Shown here: piece by piece, positions 27,229 to 40,297 of the stretch
Numbering within the stretch: the first letter of the stretch is position 1
How the letters are laid out: each line of letters opens with the position of its first letter
From: the human T2T-CHM13v2.0 reference genome, Homo sapiens
Strand: one strand, 5' to 3'
DNA length: 64,000 bases
Assembly: GCF_009914755.1 (NCBI RefSeq)
Contig: NC_060938.1
The notes under the pieces: generated by a model
What the model saw: only the letters and a program-made list of their open reading frames with translations
Database searches by the model: none
Told to the model about the DNA's origin: nothing
Translations under genes and position numbers: made by a program

Positions 27229-27675
27229 TGTAGGTATTTCAGACCAGATTTCTGGGCCTCCCCAGATTTGCTTGGCTTGAGTGCCTCCTGGGCCTCCTCT
27301 GCTTGCTTGGTATGGAACTTGGTCACCACCATTGTCACTACCATTGTCTTTTAAAACTACCAAGGCTTCTAAAGCTTACTCAATTCTCACTCGGCCTGCC
27401 CTACATCTGGTCCAACAGGAGGCACGGCAGCTCCAGCACCCAGACCTGACCCTACTGCACCCACATAGGCTGTAGCTTCTCCATCACTTGTGGATCCAGA
27501 TGGATCACACATATTGGGGTATGGAATTTGTCTTCTCCAGCAGATGGCAATGAAGCCGGGTAGTGCATTTGAGGAGTGTATTGGCTGCATAGGGCCAGAT
27601 TCAGACAATGAGAGACAGGGAACAGCTGGGAGCTCCATAGTAGCCTGCCTGGAAGATGTCCCCTAGGACTAAACA
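27229..27675. mobile_element. Unclassified 447-bp insert, probable solo LTR
   Basis: Begins TG, ends CA, flanked by perfect actgac at 27223-27228 and 27676-27681; GC-richer than its flanks. Confidence 0.45.
27537..27549 (+). promoter_or_regulatory. CTCF core motif match
   Basis: CCAGCAGATGGCA fits CCASYAGRKGGCR. Confidence 0.5.
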
Positions 27676-27692
27676 ACTGACTGTGTTTTCTT

Positions 27693-28223
<531 letters not shown>

Positions 28224-29429
28224 TCCCTCACTCTTAAAACTCTGGCATTACACCTTCTAATAAAGACTTAGGTCATAACTTTTGCCTTGGTACCATCTTT
28301 TGAGGACACCAGTGTACCAGAAATGTAATGAAGATGGTAATGGTAGTATCGTCATCAAGATTTCAGTCCACCTTTTCCAGTGAGAATAGGGAATAGGAAG
28401 AGAAGCAAAGAAGTATAGAGAGGGCACTGCTAGCCCACATAAACTATTGTACAAATTTAAAAAGCTGACTTCTCTGGATCTATGCAACTCACAGGCACGG
28501 CTTATTGCATAGAATTTGTACTGGATTTGAGCTCTCAGGTATCCCCTCAGCTGCATGTCCTTATGCAATGAACATCCTATACAAACATAGTCTTGAGCAT
28601 AGTAGAAGTATTATGCAACTTATGAAGGAGGAAATTCAGAAAGCTCAGTTTTGTAAAGCACTTCTAACAGCGCATGTTGATGTGGTTATATCCAGTTCTA
28701 AGCAAGAGATAAATTTTACACTTATTGTTTACAGTCTCTGTTTATATGACAGCTTATCTTTTTTTAGGAAACAGCTTAAATGGGTCTTTTCCTTAGTAGG
28801 CTGGTAGAAGAGAGATGAGTTGAGCTGGGTTATAACTAGTCAATTCAATCCATGTTGAAACTGGTGTTTAAAATGTTCCAGGCATTATACTACATGGGGA
28901 GCAACAATAAGGAATCAGCACGAGTTTGCATACATTTTTAGCATCACTGAATAACGCAGGGTAAAGAGCAGAGAAAATGGATGATTGTGCTTATTCAGGA
29001 CTGAGAATGCCTTTCCCTTTTTTCATTAGCTACTCACATTTTTACCTACCACTCAAACCTGGTTCAGGTTCTACATCACTCAGGACTTCAATCTTCTCCT
29101 AATACTCAACTCCCACCCCCGCCCCCCACCCATGGAGGCAGTTAGATTTTCTGCTTCACCATTTTCGATACATCAAAATCCCAAAGAAATGGAAGCACAA
29201 CAGCTATTCTCTTCGATTTATCTGCTGAGTACAAACCTCCCTTTCAAAACATTGGAATACTCATAGCCCTCAAGATGGCAGGCGGAACTTTGGATACTTG
29301 GTGGAATGATGGGGCATGGGAGAGGGAAGCAGAGAAAGGAAAAGCCAGCACCTGTACTTAGGTGGGGCCGAAAAGAAAAGCTTGCAGACCCCCTCACTAC
29401 ACATTCTATAACAGAAAGACCTTTTCAGG

Positions 29430-30212
29430 CTCCCTTAGTTCAACAAACATTTCTTTGTTGCTTACCATATGCCAGACCATGTGTTACCACAAAGGTGAAT
29501 AAAAGTTTCTGCCCTTCATGAACTTACGATCTAGCGGGAAAGATGAAAACATGAACAGACAATTTCAACATAATAAAGTGACTGCTGTGAGAAATGCATG
29601 AAGAGTGTGCAAAGGACAGTGGTGGCTCGTCCTGCCTTCAGGGTGATGGAAGGCTTCCTAGAAAAGACCCAGGAGTGAGTCTGTCACTCAGGGACTACTT
29701 ATCACCTGACTCTCTGTATGACCTATCTCTCTAGCCTTATCCCTTGTCTGTCTCCACCTAACCCTCCTCGATTTCCTCTGCAATGATTCAAACTCCACTT
29801 TCCCTAATTTTCAAACACTTTATGTTTGCACAAGCTACACTTTCAATCTGGATGCTCTTCTCCCACTTCCCAATTCTGGAAAACCTCTATTTATCCCTTA
29901 CTACTCACCTCCAAAGTAATTTCTCTGACGCTTTCCCTGAAACTTCTAGGCAGAATTGCCTCCTTCCTCCTTCCTGTTCCTAACCTACCATTGTACTTCT
30001 AAGCCCAAACTGAGCTCTCTAGCCTACCATTGTACTCCTGTGTTTACCACCGTGTGCTTCTAAGATAATATTCACCACCTTTTTTTCTGCATGTTTGTTT
30101 TCCTGCATTAGACTGTGAGCTTTTAGGGCAGAAGTCATTCATCTTTGTTTCCCCAGGGACTAGCATTGCAAACGGTCCTTAGCTCTGTAACTTGGTATTT
30201 GAGGGATGAATG
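29430..30212. mobile_element. Two L2 3' fragments (- then +)
   Basis: ttcaacaaacatttct...tatgccagacc (antisense) and tagactgtgagcttttagggcag...ggatgaatga (sense). Confidence 0.65.
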
Positions 30213-30417
30213 ATTATATATAATATACTATGGAAACATTGATGATGCAGTCACTCACTGTGCTGTTCGCGCTGAATGAAACATTTGAAGCATCGTGTTA
30301 ACATAGTAAATAGGCATAGGTGACATATGAGAGAGGCTGAAGCAGACCTCTTTGACTGTGGTATTCAGGCTTCCTTGCTGGCTTTCTTTGCTGGGGGTTT
30401 CTTTTTGAGGACATCTA

Positions 30418-30717
30418 TTTTTTTTTTTTTTTCCTGAGACGGAGTTTCGCTCTTGTTGTCCAGGCTGGAGTGCAATGGTGCGATCCTGGCTCACCGCAAT
30501 CTCCACCTCCTAGGTTCAAGCGATTCTCCTCCTCAGCCTCCCCAGTAGCTGGGATTACAGGCATGTGCCACCATGCGCAGCTAATTTTTTGTATTTTTAG
30601 TAGAGACGGGGTTCTCCATGTTGGTCAGGCTGGTCTTGAACTCCTGACCTCAGGTGATCTGCCCGCCTTGGCTTTCCAAAGTGCTGGGATTACAGGCGTG
30701 AGCCACCGCGCCTGGCC
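30418..30717 (-). mobile_element. AluSp/Sq
   Basis: gagtttcgctcttgttg...gtgcaatgg diagnostics. Confidence 0.95.
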
Positions 30718-31040
30718 TGATGACAGTCTATCTATAGGCGGCATCAGCAAGAGATCAGAGTCAGGGGAAGGATGAGGGTATTTATTCTCCTGGCTCTCTC
30801 TCTGCTGGTCTGTTGGTAGGCAGCGGCTGCATGAGGCCACATCCTAAGGCCACAGCCTCTGTTGATGAACTTTCCTCCACCACAGCTCTTTCCAGTTTCC
30901 CATAACCACTCCCTGTGCCCCTCTGGTCTCAGGTGGTTTTGTCCCTTCACTGATGCCAGCCCAGTGGTGCCATAATGTTCCTTGTTAGTTTCCCTTAATT
31001 CTTTGTTAACAACCTTTGTAAACTTCTTCTTCATTAACAT
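30718..31040 (+). mobile_element. LTR33-like ERVL LTR fragment
   Basis: gagatcagag...gggtatttattctcctggctc...aaggccacagc...cctttgtaaac...cttcattaa. Confidence 0.65.
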
Positions 31041-32149
31041 GCATACAGATCTATTTTTAATTGGTAGTGGAGAATCACAGTGATAGAATCAAATCATAGT
31101 TTTGATTTGCTCACTTAACATGACATCACAAACATTTCTCAAGATTTCCACGAAGTCTGCACAATGACCATTTCATGGCAACACAATATTCCACCTTATT
31201 ATGTACAATAGTTTCCTAATATATTTTTCCTTCCCTTTCCTTCCCCTTTACTTACTTTTTCTTTTCACTTTCTTTCTTTGTTTACCATTACAGATGACAA
31301 AATAAACATTCTCAAGGTGCAGATTTTTACTGCATGTATCTTCTCTTTTTTTTTTTTTTTGTTAAATATCCTGAAGTCTTTTGTGTTTTAGCCACATTTC
31401 TACCTTTTCTTCTGAATTTTTCTATAGGCAAATAGTTAAACTCATTCTACTTGAAATGTATTTACACTCACTTGTCAACAGACATTTGTTTAAACTATAC
31501 TCTCCACTTGAAATACTGTCTTCTCCCAGTTTTTCAAATGCAAACCTCCCTGGCTATCCAAATTAGAAATGTTATTCTGTCTTTTGAGTTTTCTTTTGAA
31601 CTGACCTATTCAAATAGTTTATTTGGTAATAAGTGATTTTTATTGTTATTTTGAAATGTAAATTAAGTCTTTTAGGTTATTTAACTTTAAACATATTATT
31701 ATATTTTCTCTTCCAACTAGACTATTAATTTCTTGACAATAGGAACTATTTTCTTATATCACTTTATGTCTCTTATAGAGACTTTCATGTAGTAATTGTT
31801 TCATAAACATGTGTTAATTTGGAAAATGTTGGAGTACCATAAATAAAAGATTGGCTTTCCAAAGCCTATATAGGTTTAAGAGCGTTTACACTGAGTTCTC
31901 TGTTCATTTCTGTGACTACAAGCCATGGCTTCATTATATGATGCTTAGATTTCCAATGTTGTGTGAGAGTGTTATTGCTCTTATGTGACATTAGGAGGGG
32001 AAATGTCTTAAAAGTGTGTTTACATCTCTCTAAGTCAAAGTGGAGCCCGTGCATGAGAAAGAAACAACTCCACAATGTAGATTTAAAAGGAAGAGCAGTG
32101 GTGGGAAAAATCAGCTTCTGATGGCTAATAATAGAGATTCTAAGTTATT

Positions 32150-32388
32150 CTATAACATTTGCCCTGTTTTATTTTCATTATAGCGTGCTATCACCTCCAG
32201 ATATGTTTAACATTTATTTTGTTATTTGCAATAATGATAAAACCTTCCTTACTACAACTAAGATATATGCTACATCAGAGTAAGGGCTTTTTCTGTCTTG
32301 TATTCTGTATTGTATTCTCAGTTCTAGAATAGGCATGGAGTAGGCACTCGATAAATATTTGTTGAGTAAATTAATGAATAAATGAACA
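32150..32388 (+). mobile_element. L2 3' end
   Basis: gtaggcactcgataaatatttgttgagtaaattaatgaataaatgaa terminus. Confidence 0.75.
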
Positions 32389-32398
32389 TCTATTCACA

Positions 32399-33685
32399 CA
32401 GTCGTGCATTGCTCAGCACCAGGGATATGTTTTGCAAAATGCATCATTAGACAATTTTGTTATTGTGCAAACATCATAAAGTATACATACACAAACCTTG
32501 ATGGTGTAGCCTACTACACACCTTCCTTACTGCAACTAAGACATATGCTACATGAGAGTGAGGCCTACATCTAGGCTCTGTGGTATAGCCCATTGCTCCT
32601 AGGCTATAAACCTGTACAGTATCATACTGTGCTGAATACTGTAGGCAATTGTAACACAATGGTAAGTATTTATGTATCTAAACATAGAAAAAACACAGTG
32701 AAAATACAGTATAAAAGATTTTAAATGGTACACACCTGCATAGGCCACTTACCATGAATGGAGCTTGCAGGGCTGGAAGGTTCCCTGGCTGAGACAGTGA
32801 GTGAGTGGGAGTGAATGTGAAGCCTGAGAACATGACTGTACCTACTCTAGATTTTATAAACACTGTACACATAGGCTACACTAAAATTTATTTAAAAAAT
32901 TTCTTTCTTTGATAATAAATTGACCTCAGCTTACTGTAACTTTTTTACGTTATAAACTTAAATGTTTTTAACTTTTTGACTCTTATAATAACACTTAAAA
33001 CACAAACATCCTAGCACTCACCGTACAAAAATATTTCTTTGTATCCTTATTCTGTAAGTGTTTTTCTATTTTTAGATTTTTAGAAGTTTTTTTTTTTATT
33101 CTATTAACATTTTTGTTAAAAACTAAGACACAAACACACACTTAAGCCTAGGCCAACATAAGGTCAGGATCATCAATATCACTGTCTTCCACTTCCATAT
33201 CCTGTCCCACTGGAAAGCCTTCAGGGGCAATAACACGCATGGAGCTGTCATCTCCTATGACAACAATGCCTTCTTCTGGAATCCCTCCTGAAGGACCTGC
33301 CTGAGGCTGTCTTATAGTTGAATTTTCTTTTTTTAAGTAGAAGGATTACTCTAAAATAACAATAAAAAGTATAGTACACAATAAACAATAAACAATAAAA
33401 AGTATAGTATTTATGTAGTAAATGCATAATCTGGTATCAGTCATTTATTATCATTATCAAATATTATGTACATACATAATTGCACATGCTGTACTTTTAC
33501 ACAACTAGTAATGCAGTAGGTTTGTTTACATCAGCATCACCACAAACATGTTAGTGTGTTGCACTATGACATTATGACGACTAAGACATCACTGAGTCTT
33601 GAATTTTTCAGCTCCATCATAATCTTACGAAACTATACTGTGGTCCGTCATGGACTGAAATGTCGTTACATGATGTATGACTCTG
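32399..33685 (-). mobile_element. Tigger3b (MER7B, TcMar-Tigger), near full length
   Basis: Termini cagtcgtgc ... gtatgac(tc)tg; internal ggatcatcaatatcactgtcttccac...gaaggacctgcctgaggctg. Confidence 0.9.
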
Positions 33686-33699
33686 TATTTTGCAATTTT

Positions 33700-33905
33700 C
33701 CAGATAGTGCTATAAGTGCTTTGTTTTCCTTACCTCATTTGAGCTTCAGTACATCCTACTCAATAGGTACTATACCTTTTTAGTAAGGAGACCGAGTCTT
33801 AGAGAAATTAAAGGACCTCCAAGGTCACATATCTAGTAACTGGGGAAGGAAAGTAAGAATTAAATCCAAGCAGTCTGACTTTGAGCCCACAGCCTTAGCC
33901 ACAGT
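33700..33905 (-). mobile_element. MIR fragment
   Basis: agagaaattaaaggacctccaaggtcacatatctagtaa...aaatccaagcagtctgact. Confidence 0.7.
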
Positions 33906-33909
33906 ATTA

Positions 33910-34530
<621 letters not shown>

Positions 34531-34712
34531 GTTTAAAATGGCCAGAGACCCACATTTATGGTTTTAGACATATGAAAAGAAATTCTATTTCAGAAGTCTC
34601 TAATAAAACAACTGCATTTAGTAGTTACTAATAAAGAATTCTGTTTTAATATTCACTAATTGTATTTTAGTAGTTACTAAGTCATTACTAATAAAAAATT
34701 ACACGAGCTCTA

Positions 34713-35034
34713 TTTTTTAATTAATTAATTAATTAATTTGTTTTTGAGACAGGTTCTCACTCTGTCACCCAGGTTGGAGTGCAGTGACATGATCACGGAT
34801 CACTGCAACCTTGACCTGCCAGTCTCAAGTCATCCTACCACCTCAGTCTCCCCAGTTTCTGGGACCACAGGCACCCCACACCACCACACCAGGCTAATTT
34901 TTAAAATTTCTTTTTGTAGAAATAGGGTCTCACTGTTTTGCCCAGGCTGATCTTGAACTCCTGGCCTCAAAGGATCTGCCCACTTCAGCCTCCCAAGGTG
35001 CTGGGATTACATGTGTGAGCCACCATGCCTGGCC
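34713..35034 (-). mobile_element. AluJ with (TTAA)n tail
   Basis: Antisense dimer, J diagnostics. Confidence 0.92.
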
Positions 35035-35358
35035 CATGAGTTCAAAATTTGGGGGGACAGTCCCCAAGCATCTTTGACTTTGGAAGGATATGACATTAAC
35101 AACATTTTCACTGGTAACTTTCACAAAGACTGCACAATCATTGGTTCAGGAGGCTCTACGATATGCATTTGTTTTATATGTTGAAAGACATTTACTTATG
35201 ATTGGTACAATAACTTATCTCCTCCTCTCCTCTTAGATACTTAGTCCTACAACAGGTGATGGCAGATGTCTCCAAAGTGTTTTTTCTTTTGACAAATTAA
35301 GATATATTGTAAACATGATTCTGACAAGTAAGATTCACGGCATGAATGTAAAAAAAAC

Positions 35359-35680
35359 AGTCTGGGTGAAGTGGCTCACACCTGTAATCTCAGAACTTTG
35401 GGAGGCTGAGGTGCACTGATTGCTTGAGCCCAGGAGTTCAACACCAGCCTGGGCAACATGTCAAGACCCCATCTCTAAAAAGAATATAAAAATTAGCCAG
35501 ATGTAGCAGTGTTTTCCTGTAGTCCTGGCTACTCGGGAGGCTGAGGTGGGAGGATCACCTGAGACCAGGGAGATCTAGGCTGCAGTGAGCCGAGATCGCA
35601 CCACTGCATTCCAGCCTGGGCAACAGAGCGAGACACTGTCTCTGAAAAAAAAAGGGGGGGAAAGAAAAGAAAAAAGAAAA
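35359..35680 (+). mobile_element. AluJ
   Basis: Sense dimer, J diagnostics. Confidence 0.92.
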
Positions 35681-35759
35681 CAGAGGAGTAGCAGTAAAAG
35701 TTACGGAGGCTGAAAAGATCTCGAGGCTGCACAGGAATGGCAGGAGACACAATCCAGAG

Positions 35760-36095
35760 CAGTGGTTCCCAACCTTTTTGGCACCAGGGACTGGTTTGGT
35801 AGAAGACAATTTTTCCATATATGGGGGTGGGTTGGGGGCAATGGTTTTGGGATGAAACTGTTCCACCTCAGATCATCAGGCTTTAGATTCTTATAAGGAG
35901 TACACTACCTAGATTCCGGGCATGCGCAGTTCACAATAGGGTTACGCTCCTGTGAGAATCTAATGCCACTGATCTGACAGGAGGCGGAGCTAAGGCCGTA
36001 AGGCTCACTCACCTGCCACTCACCTTCCACTCACCTCCTGTGCAGCCCAGTTCCTAACAGGCCATGGTCCGTGGCCGGGGGTTTGGGGACCCCTG
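35760..36095 (-). mobile_element. MER1B (hAT-Charlie), full length
   Basis: Termini cagtggttcccaacc ... ggggacccctg; 336 bp; 8-bp TSD atccagag / atctagag. Confidence 0.93.
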
Positions 36096-38482
36096 ATCTA
36101 GAGGTTGCACTGAGGAATGGCAGGAGATAGGATGGAGAGAAATCTGAATCAATGTGCTGGAGAATGGCTGATGGTAGTGACAACAGGAAAAGGGGTGTCA
36201 ATCAAGGAGGGCACAGACTTTACTAGTATGAGTTGTGGGATAAAGGTGAGGAGGGTTTGATAAGGAGTAAGTAGATTAAAGAATATGTCAACCTTCTCTT
36301 CAGGGTAATGGATGAAGAGGTATTCTCCACTTGTGGAAGGCGAGAAGGGAAGATTGTCACTGTATGTCAGGGTAAGATGGTAGAGTAACTGTTCATGATA
36401 TGAAGAATAATTAGCCTTATAATAGGAGATCCAAAAGGCAGCAAAAAATGACTTGGAAATCTTTAGGAATCAGAAACTGAATATAATTTAATATAGAAAT
36501 ATTATCATTAAATAGAAAGGTATTATACTTTGACATAATAAGGAAGTATTCCTATTGTCTATTCAAAAGTCTTACTTTTCATGAAGCTTTTAAAGTTTAT
36601 AAGCATGTTACTGGCCAATTTGATGTTCAGATTAATCCAAGACTCACCTTAGCACATGCTGATCTGCCCACCTGCTTCTTCAACATGCACAGATTTCTCT
36701 CTTTTATGAACATGTGTGGCATTTACTTTCCATACTACTCACTTGGAATTTGTCATAATGAGCTTCTCCATGATAGTTTCAGTTTTTACACACACACACC
36801 TGTAATCTCGCCAGCTAGGTGTGTATGTTTATTCGAAGTAACCTGTGTTCGAGAGTACCTGCCACAGGCTTTTTCCTAGAGCTGCAATGCCTAGTTTGGG
36901 GCTGACATATTTGCTTACTCAGCTACTAATTGCTGAGTGATTATTTAGGCTTTATTTGGGCTGTTTTCTTCTTCACAGCCAGCAAAAGTTGCAGTGAAAA
37001 CCACATGGTACAATTTATGGGAATTCATGAGTTGTAATTCATTCACAATTTTACTTCTAGATGAAAGGCAATGAGTATCCCTTTAAGTGAGAAATTTGAC
37101 AAAAACTGGATTTTTAAGGAAGCATCACCTCCCCCAAAGGGTAGGCTTCCTTTCTGAGATCTCCTAGCTGCCAAGGTTGCTAAGGCAAACCTTTGCATAT
37201 ACAAATTTGGGTCAATGTGTTGACAGGATGTCAGATTTGTGTAGCTAAGGGAGCTTCAGCATGAATATTGAGCTGTATGCCACTCCATTGATGCCCAAAT
37301 GAACCTGTAGGTGCCTATTTGTGCCTGAGGCTATTGGGGTGGAAAATAGAAGCCCTTCTTGTGAAAACCTAACCAAGGTCCACAACCCAGCCTTGACCAG
37401 CAGCAATTGGTTTTCAGCAACAACTGAAAAGTAAATTCAAAGAGATCTGAATGATGGAGCACTGGTTTCTTTTCATCATACAGCCTGTAATTTCATGTTG
37501 CAATTATTTTTCCTCATAGGCTTACCTGTGCGTATATTAGAAGTCTTCCCGGTGCCAGGAATCAACAAAGAGTTGAGTAACGAAGAACTAATTTAATCAG
37601 CTAATTTGGAGAAACTAAGTCTTACAACTATTATTTAGTTCATCAAAACAAATAAATCTCAATGAGAACAATGAAATATGTGATAATTCTTTTTTTTACC
37701 AGAAAAGTACTGCTTGAAATTATATTTTAGGGCTATGAAAATTTTACTTGAGATTGAACACAGTAAACTTCAGATGACTTTTATATTATTTAAGAAATAG
37801 AAGTGTGAATTAAATAGTATTCACCATAAGCACTTGTTTTAACTTCTTAATGTTCTGTTACGTAACATTTTGTTATCTGGGATTTCACTAATTAGTGTTT
37901 CTACATATGTATACTACAATGATAATTGATGTTATAATTGATCAGTCACAATGATTTTGAGTTATTGAGTGACCTTTTTAATTATCAAAGATTTAGTTGT
38001 ACACAAACCTAGTTTTACTTGATATTTGTTTTTAATTATTATTTTATAAGAATTGGCAATCTATTAGAAAACCATTAGCTAGATTATTTGAATAATATCC
38101 ATATCCTCCAATCATGTAAGATAATATAATTTATTTTCTTTGCTCCAGTAGACACCTGGGGTATTTGAAACCTTGAGCAGATCATTTTTTCACACTTCCC
38201 TCGTCTTATACAACAAAATTATCTTCTGTAAAATTTATAAAATGAAACCAATAATAATAATGTCTAAAAAAGAAATGTAAACTATGAAAATTTTATTTTA
38301 CTGAAGTTTAAATTTATAATTGTTCAGGTAAAGGAAAAATAAAGAATTCTAAATAAATAGAGATTATAGTACAAAAAATGGAAATAATGAATTAATAGTC
38401 TGAGTATATTAATGCATTTTTTTGAGAAAAGGGAAAAATATTGTGTCTACATATCAGTCTGTTGCAGTAATAAATAATATTA

Positions 38483-38764
<282 letters not shown>

Positions 38765-39858
38765 TTAAGAATATTTTTAATTAACTTTAGTTTTGAAATG
38801 TTTCTTTTATATGAAGCAAAATATAACCATAGGAAAAGTTTTAAACAATTTTGGCAGAAATTCATAAAAATCCCATTTTACAATAAATCCCATGTCTTTG
38901 TTCCTTCAGAATCAATTCTAATGGCTCTTAAATATTTCTGCAGTAGAAAAAAATTAACTATAAATAAAAATTCCAACACTCAGGATGACAGGACTGAAGT
39001 ACCTTGAACTCTATTTCTTTGTCTTTATAATTGTTATGGTTTGAATGTTTTCCCCAAATTTCATGTGTTGAGAAATTAATCCCCAAAGTAACATGTTGAT
39101 GGTATTTGAAGGTGGGATCTTTGAGAGTTAGTTAGGGTTAGATAAAGTTATGGAGGTTGGGACCCCCTGATAGTACGGTGACTTTATAAGAAGAGAAAGA
39201 GAGCTGAGCTGGCCTGCTGTTGCCCTCTTGACATATGATATCCTCTGTACATGCAGCAAACAGGACCTCACAGATGCCAGCAACTTGACTTTGGACTTCC
39301 CAGTCTCCAGAACTCTAAGAAATAAATTTATTTATTTTTATAAGTCACCCAGTCTGTGGTATGCTGTTATAGCAACAGAAAATGAACTAAGACAGAATAT
39401 TGGTACCAGAAGTGGGGTTGTTACTATAACAAATATCTGAATTGTGGAAGCAGCTTTGGAATTGGGTAATGACCAGAGGCTGGAAGAATCTGGAGGAGCA
39501 GCCTAAAAATAAGCCTGTATTGCCATGAACGGAGCATTAAGGGTGATTCTGCTGATGGCTTGGAAGAATAGAAGACTAGGGAAAGTCTGGCACTTCTTAG
39601 AGATTACTTGAGTGGTCATGGCCAGAATGTTGATAGATAGTAAAGGTCTCAGATGGAACTAAAGAACAAGGTATTGGAAACTGAAGCAAAGACTATTATA
39701 AAGTAGCAAAGAACTTGGCTGAAGTATGTCTATGCTTTATGGAAGGCAGAATTTAAGAGTGACAAATTAGAATATTTAGCAGAAAAACTATCTAAACAGC
39801 AAAGCATTCCAGTTGCTGCATAGCTACTTTTAACTGCTTATAGTAAAATAGGAGAGAA

Positions 39859-39946
39859 TACATACATATATATATACACACATATATATATACACATATA
39901 TATACACACATATATATACATATATATACACACACATATATATATA

Positions 39947-40006
<60 letters not shown>
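39859..40006 (+). repeat. (TA)/(CA) compound microsatellite
   Basis: Seen directly, adjoining the Alu poly-T. Confidence 0.95.
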
Positions 40007-40021
<15 letters not shown>

Positions 40022-40297
40022 GAGATGGAGTCTCGCTCTGTTGCCCAGGCTGGAGTGCAGTGGTGCTATCTTGGCTCACTGCAACCTCTGCCTCCCGGGT
40101 TCAAGCAATTCTGTCAGCCTCCTGAGTAGCTGGGATTACAGGCGTGCACCACCACGTCTGGCTAATATTTGTATTTTTAGTAGAGACGGGGTTTTGCCAT
40201 GTTGATCAGCCTGGTCTCAAACTCCTGACCTCAAGTAATCTACCTGCCTTGGCCTCCCAAAGTGCTGAGATTACAGGAGTGAGCCACCATGCCCCAC
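40007..40297 (-). mobile_element. AluS inside the MaLR internal region
   Basis: Full antisense dimer. Confidence 0.95.
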
